Of a stretch of DNA of 64,000 nucleotides, positions 44,964 through 57,621 are shown piece after piece; positions within the stretch are counted from its first letter, which is position 1, and each line of letters begins with the position of its first letter. Position numbers and translations under genes: made by a program. Location: assembly GCF_009914755.1 (NCBI RefSeq), contig NC_060947.1, one strand, 5' to 3'. This DNA is from the human T2T-CHM13v2.0 reference genome, Homo sapiens. The notes beneath the pieces were generated by a model. It saw only the letters and a program-made list of their open reading frames with translations, ran no database searches and had not been told where the DNA came from.

Positions 44964-45707
44964 CACAATCATTTTTTAAAAGTCTTATGCAAGGCTCATT
45001 ACCAACAAGGACCAAGTCAGATTCTGAGGGGTGGAGGTCTTGGGTTTTCTTTCTGATACTAGTGCCTAACAACTTGCCTGGCACATAGCAGGCCTAAGAT
45101 AAAGATTTGCAGGCATGAATGGAAAGTTACAGTTTCTCTCCATAAATAAAGGCACCCATGCTCATTCAGAGAAGACTGTATTCCTGGTCCTAAACCTTAT
45201 CTACTTGCCACCAGCCAGTCATTTAAAATGGGTGGCCTGGGTCACAAGAGGAAGAGATTCAGCACCAGTGTGTTACAGCCATTAGATTCAAAGACTAAAA
45301 TGACAGGGCTCTTTGTGGTGGGTCACTGCACTGACTTTGCAAACAGTAGATTACTTGCCCAACTGATGCACCAATCCAATAGCAGTCCTAAACGTGATTA
45401 TCTGCAATGTGGAGAATGAGGAGCCTGTGATGCAGCGGAAAAAGAGTAGTTACACAGGAAGAAGCACCCTAAGCCAAAATTGTGGCACTTTCCCCATTTG
45501 CCTCCAACCTTCTTTCTGCAGTCTTGCTCCTCCTTGGAGTACATCCCGCCCTTCACCCTCAGTTCTAGATACTGACTCTTCTTACATGGCCTCCACTTGG
45601 AAGAAAAGTGGGTTCTATAAGAGCAAATATGACAAGATTCTAGCGTTGTGCTGTCTGCATGTGGCTACTTGCATTTATATTTAAAGCAATTAAAATTAAA
45701 TAGAATT

Positions 45708-46030
<323 letters not shown>

Positions 46031-46521
46031 CTATATTTCAAGTGTTCAGTACCCACATGTGGCTAGTGACTAGTGTATTAAAGCAGCTCTAGAACATTCC
46101 CATCATTGTAGAATCCAGCACTTTAGTGAGCAACCCTGCAATGTTCTGCCCAATTGAGTAGTACACTTGTTGAATATGTGCAAGTGAATAAATGAATTTA
46201 ATTTAATATGGTAGAATCGACACTAGTGAGAGAGAGCCAAGACATTTTCAGAATCTCAACCTTGGTGATTGGCTTTATAAACCCATACTTTAAAACACTG
46301 AATTAGAAAAGATTACTCATCTCTTTTCACAAGATTTTGGGGGAGGATTAAATAAACCTTTTATTGATTTACAAAGAGTTGGTTATATTCTAAAGAAAGT
46401 TAATTCCATGAGTTTGTGCCAATATATTTTATTTGAAAGAACTGTGCTTAGAACCTGGATTAACATTTTATGTCCAGCATTCTAACAAAACAGTTACATG
46501 CAAACACATGTCTTTAAGTTT

Positions 46522-47569
46522 TCAAAAGCAATTGAAACAAAAACAAAAATTGCCAGGTAGGACCTAATTAAACTAAAGAGCTTCTACACAGCAAAAGAAA
46601 CTATCAAGAAAGTAAACACACAGCCTACAAAATGGGAGAAAATATTTGCAAACTATGCCTCTGACAAAGGTCTAATATCCAGAATCTACAAGGAACTTAA
46701 TTCAACAAGCAAAAACCAAATAACCCCATTAAAAAGTAGGCAAAATGCATGAACAGACACTTCTCAAAAGAAGACATACAAGTGGCCAAAAAGCATACGA
46801 AAAAGAGCTCTGCATTACTAATCATCAGATAAATGCCAATCAAAACCACGATGAGATACCATCTCACACCAGTCAGAATGGCTATTATTAAAAAGTCAAA
46901 AAATAAGAGATGTTGGAGAAAAAGGAGCACTTATGCACTGTTGGTGGGAATGTAAATTAGTTAAGCCACTGTGAAAAGAAATTTGGAGTTTTCTCAAAGA
47001 AGTAAAAATGGAACTATCATGCGACCCAGCAATCTCATTATTAGGTATATACCCAAAGGAATATAAATTGTTCTACCAAAAAGGCACATGCACTCACATG
47101 TTCATCGCAGCACTACTCACAATAGCAAACATATGGAATCAACGTAGGTGCCCATCAAAGGTGGATTAGATAAAGAAAATGTGGTATGTATATAGCATGG
47201 AATACTATGCAGCCATAAAAAGAGAATTAAATCATGTTCTTTGCAGCAACATGGATGCAGCTGGAGACTATTATCCTAAGTGAATCAATGTAGAAACAGA
47301 AAACCAAATACCACATGTTCCCACTTATAAGTGAGAGCTAAGCATGGGGTACATATGGATATAAAGATGAAAATAATAGACACTGAGGACTACTAAAGGG
47401 GGAGGTAAGGAGTACAGCAAGAGTTGAAAACCTACCTATTGGTACTATGTTCACTACCTGGGTGACAGAATCATTCATACCACAAACCTCAGCATCATGC
47501 AACATATCCATGTAACAAATCTGCACATGTACCCCTGAATCTAAAATAAAAGTTGACATTTTTAAAAAA
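46522..47569 (+). mobile_element. Older L1P 3' ~1 kb (ORF2 end and 3'UTR)
   Basis: CTAATTAAACTAAAGAGCTTC...ATGAGATACCATCTCACACCAGTCAGAATGG...CTAAAATAAAAGTTGA; ends ~65 bp from the exon 8 donor. Confidence 0.92.
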
Positions 47570-47635
47570 TGCATGCCTTAGCAACAAGTTTCTTGGACCT
47601 TCTTCTAAAGGTTTTTATATAAGGAAAGTACTCAC

Positions 47636-47795
47636 CCTTTTTCCTCCAGAAAGGCTCTTTATAATAAACTATACACTTGATGACTGAACCCAAAGGCACA
47701 CGAGTGATCATCTGGTTTCTCATCATTGGCAGAGGGGGATTGAAGTGAATCTTCATGCCCAGAGTAGGAGGAATAGCACTAATCACATATTTAGC
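47636..47795 (-). CDS. MAOB: MAOB exon 8 (160 nt): [53 protein letters not shown](D)
   Basis: Contained in ORF 47562..47813; TTTCAG acceptor, GTGAGT donor. Confidence 0.99.
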
Positions 47796-48095
47796 CTGAA
47801 AGAAAAGCAACATGGTTAAACATTGTTGCCGTGTTGCTTTTGTTTTTTTCCCAATGATTCTCTCTCATTCTATCGTTATATTCTTTTCAGTCTCTTAAAG
47901 AAGTGACAAGGATTTTGTCGAAACCTAAAGTAGCCCTTATTGTTCCTTAGTTCAAAACCTCCAATGACTTCCCATTGCACTTAAAGTCAAAGCCAGATTT
48001 CTCACCATCATCGCCAAGGCCACACATGAAATGGGCCCGTTACATCACTGATCTCACCTCCTGTTACATTTGCCCTGACACTCTTACTTCTGCTA

Positions 48096-48391
48096 TTTTT
48101 GTTTTCTTTTTGAGACCCAGTCTCACTCTGTCGCCAGGCTGGAGTGCAGTGGTGCGATCTTGGCTCACTGCAACCTCCACGTGCCCAGGTTCAAGCGATT
48201 CTCCTGCCTCAGCCTCCAGAGTAGCTGGGACTACAGGTGTGCACCACCACACCCAGCTAATTTTTGTATTTTTAGTAAAGACAGGGTTTCACCATGTTGG
48301 CCAGGGTTGTCTCGATCTTTCGACCTTGTGATCTGCCCACCTTGGCCTCCCAAAGTGCTGGGATTACAGGCGTTAGCCACCAAGCCTGGCC
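48096..48391 (-). mobile_element. AluS (Sc-like) nested in an L2 (~47920-48830)
   Basis: Antisense full Alu; near-duplicated CTGC(T/C)ATTTT flanks. Confidence 0.93.
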
Positions 48392-49113
48392 CTGCCATTT
48401 TGATCACCTTGCTGTTCCTTGGTCACACCAGGCTTGCTCCCACCTCAGTGCCTTGGCACTGGCTGTTCCATCTTCTTCTCTCAGGGAACCACATGGCTCA
48501 ATCCCTCGTCTCCTCCAATTCTCTATCAGATATCACCTTCTCAGTGAGGCCTTCCCTGATCACCTTATTTAAACTTGCATAACCAATTCTCCCATCTCAC
48601 TTTCTGGTATGCCCTCTCCCCACCTTCCTGCTTGATTTTTTCCGCACTAATTATCACTATCTGACATACTTTATATTATAACTATATGTTTCATTACTGT
48701 CTTTCTCCTTCACTAGAAGGAGAATTGTATGTGGGCAGAGAATTGTATCTGTTTTGTTCACGACTGTGTTCTTAACTCCTAGAATCATGTCAGGCACATA
48801 GGAGGTGCTTGATATTTATCAAATAAATATTTTCTGTGTTTTTCTAATTACATAAAAGCAAAATACAGAGGGTTGATAATACCTTTATAAGTTTTTATAA
48901 ATCCTCCCCCACCCCAAATATTCTGGTTCTCTTTTCCTTTTTTTCAGTTAGAGATAGCTTTTTCACTATTGGCAAAAAGACTGTCTATAAAGTGTGTGAC
49001 ATTGTTGACTTCGGCTTTGATTATCTATGAGACTGTGGCCTCTTCCCACTTGTTTAAGTGTCTTGGTAACTCTGAGTGGAAAAATTTCAAAGCAAAGTTG
49101 AGTTCAAAGCAAA

Positions 49114-49165
49114 TGTTGAGTGAGAGAATGGAAAAAAGTGCTTTTTTCCATTCTCTCACTCAACA
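49114..49165. repeat. Perfect inverted repeat, 25-bp arms with 2-nt spacer
   Basis: TGTTGAGTGAGAGAATGGAAAAAAG-TG-CTTTTTTCCATTCTCTCACTCAACA. Confidence 0.98.
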
Positions 49166-49950
49166 ACGATCACCACAGAAGACTTCTGTGACCAAATGTG
49201 GAGTGGTTTTTCCCCACATATTAAGCAAGCAAGCAATTCTATAGCAGACATCAGCCATGTGTCCTCTGAATTCAACTCAATTCTGACAGTATCTACCTGG
49301 AGATAACTTCTGATCCTACAGGTTGAGGGCTCAGTCTCCAAGACTGTCCCCCACCTTCAGATGTCAGTCACAAGTCCAGCTTCCAGAATTTCTGACCAAT
49401 CTGCTTCCAGTTGATGTTCCTACAACCCCTTCAAGTTTGATTGATTTGCTACAGTGGCTCACAGAACTCAGGGAAACATGTTTACTGTTTTATTATAAAG
49501 GATATTACAAAGGGTACAGAGGAAGAGGTGCATTGGGCAAGAGTTGTGAGAAAGGGCATGGAGCTTTCATGCCCTCCCCAGGCATGCCATTCTCAAGGAA
49601 CCTCCAGTTGTGCAGATATCCAGAAGCTCCCAGAACTCGGTCGTTTTGGGTTTTTATGGAGGCTTCCTTATGTAGGCACAATTGATTAAATCATTGGCCT
49701 CTGGTGATCAATTCAACCTTCAGCCCCTTGCCCCATCCCCTCCCTGGAGGCTGGGGGTGGGGCTGAAAGTCCCAACCCTCTAGTCTTTCCATGGTCTTTC
49801 CTGTGACCAGCCCCATCCTGAAGCTACCTAGGGGCTGCCAGCCATCAATCATTGGCATCAAAGGACATCACTCTGGAGATTCTAAGAATTTTTAAAGTTG
49901 TATGCCAGGAAACTGGGATGAAGATCAAATATATATTTCACAATATCACA
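49121..49950 (-). mobile_element. MER21-family solo LTR (left boundary uncertain)
   Basis: Minus strand begins TGTGATATTGTGAAATATATATTTG (recalled MER21 5' end); internal AGAAGACTTCTGTGACCAAATGTG; AATAAA at 49489-49494 on the minus strand. Confidence 0.8.
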
Positions 49951-49955
49951 GTTAC

Positions 49956-50105
49956 CTCATACATCTCATGGTTTAGGGTCTCCACAAGGACATTTTCTCT
50001 TGTCTGGTCAATGTAGATCACAGGCCTCTCCAGCTTCACTCGGTCTCCAAGGAGGTCCATTATCCGCTCACTCACTTGACCAGATCCGCCCACAAATTTC
50101 CTCTC
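49956..50105 (-). CDS. MAOB: MAOB exon 7 (150 nt): [50 protein letters not shown]
   Basis: Contained in ORF 49938..50150; CCAG acceptor, GTAACT donor. Confidence 0.99.
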
Positions 50106-50741
50106 CTGGAAAGAGAAAAGGAGGTGAAAGAGAAACGCAGGAATGGGCATAAATTGCTAAATTCTTAGTTGTCCTCACATATGTCTACTCTGAGATGTCT
50201 AACATTTCATTTTGCTGCAGTGAATAGTGGCTTTCACCATGGTTTTCTAAGTAGGAATTGCTGTCTTTGGACAAAGTTACAGGATTTCTAAGTTACTTTA
50301 CAAGCTATGCTCTTGTAGATTCCCAGACTCCAACCTTAGCTGGACATCTTCAGAATGACCCCTGTATCCCACCTTTCTGGTCACCATCCCTGCTCTCTGT
50401 CCTATCTGCAGTCTTTTGCTTAGAGCTGGAACTGGTGAAGCTGTACCTAAAGCTCTTCCCTAGCTTGCCTGAGCAGACCTAAGCCTGCTTCCCCTTGCTT
50501 TGTGGCTCAAGCGCAGAACTTCCCTGCCTCCCACCATGTCCCCTTCCCCCAGGCCAGCCTACTCCCTGTTGCAGGCTGCCCATCTTATCCTGGGTCAGAT
50601 GCCTGCTGCTTCTGTAGCCACCGAACTCATTTCACCTCACTGTACCCACCTGCCCTCAGCCTTGCTAAAACTTCCAAATGTTCTACCTGGCTATGCACAC
50701 AGTTGACCTGGCTGCCTCCTCCTCAATTTTCAGTTAAGGTC

Positions 50742-50842
50742 AGAGAAGGAGAAGGAGAGGGAGAAAGAGAAAAGGAGGAGGAGAAAGAGGAGGGGGAGGA
50801 GGAGAAGAGAAAGAAAGAAGAGGAGGAGGGGGAGAGAGAAGA
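50742..50842. repeat. Pure polypurine (GA/GGA-rich) low-complexity tract
   Basis: About 100 nt containing only A and G on the + strand. Confidence 0.9.
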
Positions 50843-51341
50843 ATGGAACATGACAACCAAGCAGATTATTTAAGAACTCCAATATGTTCCTACTGTGTCT
50901 AGCACAGTGCCTTATACAGTGCCGGGGCTCAAGAAATGGGCATTGAATGAATGAATAGATAAATGAATTCCATGAATAGTGTGTGTTTTAAATTGAAAAT
51001 GCATTACTGAATTTCCTTTATAAGCTTTCCAAGAAGTGCTCAAGCTAAGCTTAATTCAGATGGTCTCCTACAAACTTACCAAATAATAATTGAGCGTATG
51101 GAAAATGGCCACAGTGCATAAAGAGAGACAAGCCTAGCTTTAAAATTACATTGGACACTGGGTTCTCACAGTGGGTACCTGACAACAGACTGCCTTACAA
51201 GAAACACTTTGAGCTGCCATGGTAATGCTCTAAAAGCCACAAGCCTGCTTCCCACTTCAGCAGTTCATGATTGAAGGATGATGATCTTTCATTTCAGTAG
51301 CAGTGTTTTTCCATTGGGACTGTGGAAGAATGGATGGGTAC

Positions 51342-51483
51342 CTGTCCTCCATTTGTTGTCGAGATGATTCTTGTTGTGCCTCCACACTGCTTCACATACC
51401 ACAGGAACCAGAGAGCAGAGACCTCATGGGTCTCTGCAGTGACACACAGGTTCACAAAGAGAGTGGCAAGCTGCTTTGCAGAT
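51342..51483 (-). CDS. MAOB: MAOB exon 6 (142 nt): (E)[47 protein letters not shown], includes gating Ile199
   Basis: Manual translation; RIIS (MAO-B) rather than RIFS (MAO-A); CAG acceptor, GTACCC donor. Confidence 0.99.
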
Positions 51484-51739
51484 CTGCACAGGAAGAAACA
51501 AGAGCAAACTTGGCAAACGCAGGAGAGCAGCTTCTTAATTCTCTAAAAATTATTTAAGTAACACATTTTCTTGGTTAAGTTTAAAACAATGTGGTAAGGT
51601 CAAAAAATTGTCACTAGAATCTAATATTACAAAACGTGACATCGGAGGTTTTTGAAATATCAGATTATTTTCCCTGTAAACAAAACACCTTACTCAGAAT
51701 CAGCTTCTATTCCAGATTCTGTGCTTTCATGATTTCTCC

Positions 51740-52545
51740 TTACATTCCTGCTGCTCTTCCAGTGATCCCCATCTCAGTAAAAAGCACCATCATTTACTCA
51801 GTGGTAAAAACCAACACTCTAGAAATCAAACATTATTTCTCTCTTTCCATCAATCTTCCCCCATCCAATTCATTGGGAAGTCCCATTATCTCTCACCACA
51901 TCACTCCACCTTCACCACAAATTTAGAATCCATCTCTTTCCAGGAGTACTGCAATTACTTCCTTCAGACTGGCCTCTCTGCCTCCATTCATCCTCACCTG
52001 GTATCTGTTCACCACACTCAAAGCCAGAGGCTTTTCCCTCCCTCCCTACCATGATGCTCTCTCTGAAGTATAAATCAAATCATGTCATTTTCTTGCTTAA
52101 AAAGTCTCCAGTGGTATCCTATTAAAACCAGAATAAGATTCAGATCTTACACCATGGCTTCCAGAGCCCTATGTGATCCAGCCCATGCCTACCTTTTCTG
52201 TCTCATCTTGTACCCTCTTCTTTTTACTCTAATGTTTCCTTAGAAAGACATATTCACATTTGTCTATGAAAACGACCACTGGCTTCCATATTCCCAGCAT
52301 CCTGACATTCTCTATCATTTTGCTACTGTATAGTATCTTTATAACTCTTTTCACTGTCTGAAATTGTCTTGATTATTGGTTAATTCTTTTTAATTGCTGT
52401 CTCCCCCCACTAGAATATCAACCTATGAGAACAAGGATCTTCTGTTTCTCACTCACCATAGTGTCCCCTTTAACAAAATAGTGCTTGGAACATTGTAAGC
52501 ACTCAATAATTACTTGTTGCATGATTGAACGAATGAATGATTGAT
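51740..52545 (+). mobile_element. L2 remnant, boundaries approximate
   Basis: Ends GTAAGCACTCAATAATTACTTGTTGCATGATTGAACGAATGAATGA, the typical L2 3' tail. Confidence 0.7.
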
Positions 52546-55347
52546 GAGAAATATCAGTTAAACAAAATTTTTTAAACATCCATAACATGCAAAGGATATG
52601 CTAGGTGCTGTACCAAACACAAAATTAGTCACAGTTATCTATTCAGTTATTTTACTGCCTAACAGAAGACAAGCTCAAATAATGGATGAGGGGACAAACA
52701 ATTAATAGAGCATAAATGGGTAAGCTTTTGCTTGACATTGGCAGGTAAATGGTGAGAGGTTATCACCTATCAGGAAGCACACCAGAAAGCAAACTATCTC
52801 ATGCAATTTCGAGGACTCCATTATATCTAGCACAGCATAAAATTCATCAGTAGTAGTGTGCACTCTGGGATTTCTTTAATAAGGTCCAATTCCCCTTTTG
52901 ACTTTGACATGAAGTTTGCATATTGTTAATCTTGTTATATCTGAGGCAGCATTTTCCACCTGGTAATGCTGACAATGGTTGGGATAAATGATATTGTCTT
53001 CCATTTATTGAACTCTTTCCACACTCCATTGTCTTTAAAATCATTATCTTGTTAAATTGTTGCAACAACCGTATCAAATATCTATTATTTTTCCACAGTT
53101 CACATGCTAGAAAACGGAGTCTCGGACAGTTTAGGAATATATAACGACACAACTTCAAGTCAGATCGTACTTGACGCAAAACTCGTGCTTTTGATACCTC
53201 AAAATGTTTTCTAATTAGTCAGCTGACAGCCTTGGAAGTGCAGCTACTCACCAAGGGGCATCTCTCTACTTTACTGTATCTTGACCCTAGAAGTTTGTAG
53301 AATCATGCCTAACACACATACCAATTATTGACATTATTTGCAGCTGTAACAACCTGACAGCCCGTCTATGACAGTCCCCATCATTACAGCCTGTGAAATG
53401 GTGTCATATATACATTAAAGCGACTTACAGTTAGTTTTGTAAGATTTCTCAGGATAATTGAAGGGATGGAAATTGCTAGCTCATGCCTTCCTTGCAGAGG
53501 CAATTTGTAATATCTAACTAAAACACATATCCAGACGTCAATTTAAAATAAAAGTAGTATTTTATTTGTTGCTTCCTAAAATCCTATTTCTTTTCTTCCT
53601 TATTTTTTAGGTGGATTGAGGGGCATACAGTAAAGGGAGTAATAAATAACTGAAACCTAACATTGGCCCAGCTGGAGAGCCAATATTTAACAAAAATATT
53701 GCTGGAATTCTAGTTGTTATTGTTGGCAATTTGGTGGGAAAGAAATAATTCTGGTTTGAAATAAAGGGAGATCTAAAAGTAATTCTGAAGGGCCAGTCCA
53801 TTCCTAATCCTTTATTTGAATTTACTCTAGGAGCTTCAGTAAGAAAAGAAATAAGAACAATATTTGAAGGATGGAAGGTCAAGGAAGTTAGTGCAATATT
53901 TCCGTATTTTTTGCCCTGTTGACTTTTTAAAAGATAAATGTTATAATATTTTTCTACATGAAAAATACATACACATTATATAAAATTTGGAAAATTTATA
54001 AGATAAAAGGATGAGAGAACGAGTGTCTTCCATATTTCTGCCCCTCCAGAAGATAATTACTAGTCTCATTTTGATGCATTTTTTTCTAAGTATAGGTCTT
54101 TTAAAAAATGTTTTTACATAGCTGTGATCACATTGAAAATACAATTCATGTTTGTGAAGTGCACTTTGTAAATGATAATAACTGAAAGAATAATCAACAT
54201 TAGTCTTGGAATGTATGATTGTGCTTTAGTTTGAACAACAATAGGTTGGATATTCTGGGGATTACTTCATTTAAATCCAGGAAATAATACTGTGTGTATC
54301 TTGCTTGGGAAGAGTTGGAAAATTGTCTTGTGTTCTTATACTCCTAGTATCTCAGAATGCTTTATTTTGTCAAATGACAACTTAGAATATTCACTAAGTG
54401 GAGGACTAGGCCAAGGGCTACGATAGAAAATGTCGGGTCCCTGTGATCCCAAAAACATATGATTGATTTTATCACCAAGAAACTTAAAAGTTCTCTGAGG
54501 AGAGAAGACCTAACTGAATTTATTAAAAGCTTTTCATAACAGGAGTTATAAAACAAATGCAGATAATTACATACTTATTATATTTTGAAAATCTAAAGTA
54601 TATAATTTAAAACTAAATACTACAATTTTATTACTATTAAAATAAATTATATTGCAAACTACATTCTCATAGAGGTGTTAGATAGCATTAGGTAAATGTT
54701 TAAAAGAATATAATTAATAACACGCATTGATTTCATGACATAAAAGGATTTTACTATTCCAGAACTGGTTGCTTTCAAAGGTTGAAAACACAGGAGAGGC
54801 ATAAAGATGTTTATTATAGAGTATTGTATAATGATAATAACAAAAAACAGAAAGTAACCAATGTGTTCAACAGGATGATAATGGACAAATACATTACGTA
54901 TTCATTTCCCATGGAATATTCTGGTACCATGAAATATGATGTTTAAAGAATAATTTTTAATGATGTAAAGTTTTTAAACATTTTAAAAATAAATGTTTGC
55001 ATGGTAATATTAAACGTTAAAAATACTTCAATGGATGTCCATTGCTTTTGCAGTGCATATATAAATAGTTGTTTTTAGAAATGAGATCATATACCATACC
55101 ACAATAGCCTGCTTTTCTATGTGTTTAATATTACTATTTTTTCCAGTCATTAAATATTCCTCTACAACACGATTTTTTAAAACCCTCAAGTACTCAATTT
55201 TTTAGATGTTCCATACTTGATTCTGCCGATCTTCTACTATTGGGCTTTCAGATCCTCCCTTTTAAAAATAATGCTTTGAATCTGCCTCTTTCACTGTTTC
55301 TCCCTCTCCCTCTCTCCTTCTCTCCCTGTATGCCTCTCTCTTCTTTT

Positions 55348-55432
55348 TTTTTTTTATTATTATACTTTAAGTTTTAGGGTACATGTGCACATTGTGCAGG
55401 TTAGTTACATATGTATACATGTGCCATGCTGG
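55348..55432 (-). mobile_element. Very short young L1 (L1PA2-like) 3' end
   Basis: Reverse complement CCTGCACAATGTGCACATGTACCCTAAAACTTAAAGTATAATAATAAAA; perfect 17-bp TSD at 55331-55347 and 55433-55449. Confidence 0.92.
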
Positions 55433-56388
55433 TGCCTCTCTCTTCTTTTGCCTCACTTTCTTAAAGCTAAATTATTAGAAGCTGAATTTTTATATGAAAA
55501 ATATATGAATTTTATGTCTTTTGATTATTTCCATTTTTAAGATTCAGATATTCTAAAAGCTTGTTTTTACTTTTAGTTGGCAGTGAATGAATGCCTAAAA
55601 ATGAAGACATTAACCCCCGAGCCAAACATATTCTCAACTAATGCTCTTTAGCAAGACAGGGCAGTCTCCTTGAATTTGGCTTCCATTTCTCTTATTTTGT
55701 TTACCACAAATTTACCACGTGCTTGAATGGGAACCCTCATAATCCTTTCCATTTTCCCTGCTGTCCAAGAGCAGTGTGGCCTCTCCATGTGGTCTGTCTA
55801 TACAAGCCTTCACAATTTCTCTACAGTTCCCAGTTCTGCCAACAAGAATTTAATGCTTAACTCATAGGTACTTGTTTTTTCACTAAAGGGGAACAGCCAG
55901 TCCAGTCACACATGTTTCCCCTGTAGTTGTGACCTATCTACACAAAGGCTTTAGAGGTTCCTCTTTAAGTCCTTGAAGAATTGCACTACTTCACACAAGG
56001 TGTGGCAAATGCACATGCTAACCATCTCCACATTTGACCACCAGTGAAGAATACAAAAATTGTCCTATATCAACAACTTAATAAATGAGAGCTTTAAGCT
56101 GATGGTCTTTAAGCTGTTTCAGATAAAGAAAGTGGTACCTTCTGGTCTGTTCTGAGGACTTCACAGGGTAATACCACCTTTGTGATACAAAACTACTCCA
56201 AAGAAGTAAGTTGTATGTACAGATATCTTCAGGGTAGGAGCCAATTCCAATGGTTTTCAGCATGCCACTGGCTGGTGGTGTGGTTTTAGACACAAAGCAG
56301 CTACTTGTCCCATACTTGTTGAACGGTATTGCTAAATAAACCTAAAAGGTGGTCACAGTAAATGCCTGTGCCTAATGGCAAGACTTAC

Positions 56389-56480
56389 TCAGTCCAGCAG
56401 AGCTTGTCCAGTAGCTCCTTCATTGTCATGTTGTCCCACTCTTCTGCAAGGGGAGCCTTCCATGGGGCATCACTCGGAAT
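56389..56480 (-). CDS. MAOB: MAOB exon 5 (92 nt): [30 protein letters not shown](E)
   Basis: TAG acceptor, GTAAGT donor; translation matches MAO-B. Confidence 0.99.
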
Positions 56481-56888
56481 CTACATTCAGATGAGGATTC
56501 GAAGGAGAAAGACAAATGTAATTTTCTCTTTTATTTTATTCATTTTTGTAATTTTCCACTTTAAATAACTATTCAAATAGTATTAAAAACTCTACCTTAA
56601 AGAGGAAAAATGTTAAGTTTTCCAAATTCATCCAATATTGCTTTTACTGCATAATCAATGCTGTCTATGTAGCTTTCCTATTATAAATCTGTACCACCCA
56701 AGCCATATTTAATTTGTGATAAAACTTCCTGCACAATAAATAGAGGCATGTTGTAACTGGGCTATTTCTAGATATGGATTCCTAAGTTACTAACTTCTAG
56801 AGAACACTCATAAATTTAACTATTTAACAAGGATCACAGAGCTGCAGCAAATCATGTCTATGGAGTTTTCAGTTAAGCTTTATGTGTG

Positions 56889-57172
56889 TTCAGAAACAGA
56901 AAACCAAACACCACATGTTCTCACTCATAAGTGGGAGTTGAACAATGAAAACATATGGACACAGGGAGGGGAACATCACACACTAGGGCCTGTCGGGGGT
57001 TGGGGGGCAAGGGGAGGGAGAGCATTAGGACAAATACCTAATGCATGTGGGGCTTAAAACCTAGACGATGGGTTGATAGATGCAGAAAACCACCATGGCA
57101 CATGTATACCTATGTAATGAACCTGCACGTTCTGCACATGTATCCCGGAGCTTAAAGTAAAAGAAAAAAAAT
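56889..57172 (+). mobile_element. 5'-truncated L1PA 3' end
   Basis: L1 3'UTR with A tail; duplicated GCTTTATGTGTG at 56877-56888 and 57173-57184. Confidence 0.92.
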
Positions 57173-57516
57173 GCTTTATGTGTGATTACTTATGACTTGT
57201 TTGGGCATGGTGGTGAATCAAAGACCCAGAAGTCTAATTTTGCTATGTACTGAAGATTTCCAAAATTTGAAACATCATTCCAAGAAGGCTGAGTGACACC
57301 CAATCTCCTGCCCACTCATCAGTAGTATACAAATATCAATCTGTTTGACATCTTATTATTGCAGAGGTTAGAAACAAGTTCATTCATTCATTTCACAAAT
57401 CTTTAGTTACCATGTGTTCACAATGTGCTAGGTGTTGGAGATATATTTTACTTTCTTTCTTTGAAGGATGAAACTTATTACAAAAAAGAATACAAATATA
57501 GTCAAAGAAGCTTTAC

Positions 57517-57621
57517 CTCTCGCCCCATGTCATCCATTGTCCTCCAAAAGTTGTTATGATCTAAGTAGGTAATTGGATTCCATACAGGTGGGAATGGCCC
57601 CCTGAAGGGGTATGATTTGCC
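57517..57621 (-). CDS. MAOB: MAOB exon 4 (105 nt): [35 protein letters not shown]
   Basis: Contained in ORF 57502..57705; CAG acceptor, GTAAAG donor. Exons 1-3 were not found, so they lie beyond the window end. Confidence 0.99.

Noticed and set aside
51415-51437. 9-bp perfect stem with 5-nt loop inside exon 6 (GCAGAGACC/GGTCTCTGC)
   Set aside because: About one such stem is expected by chance in 64 kb; no covariation evidence.
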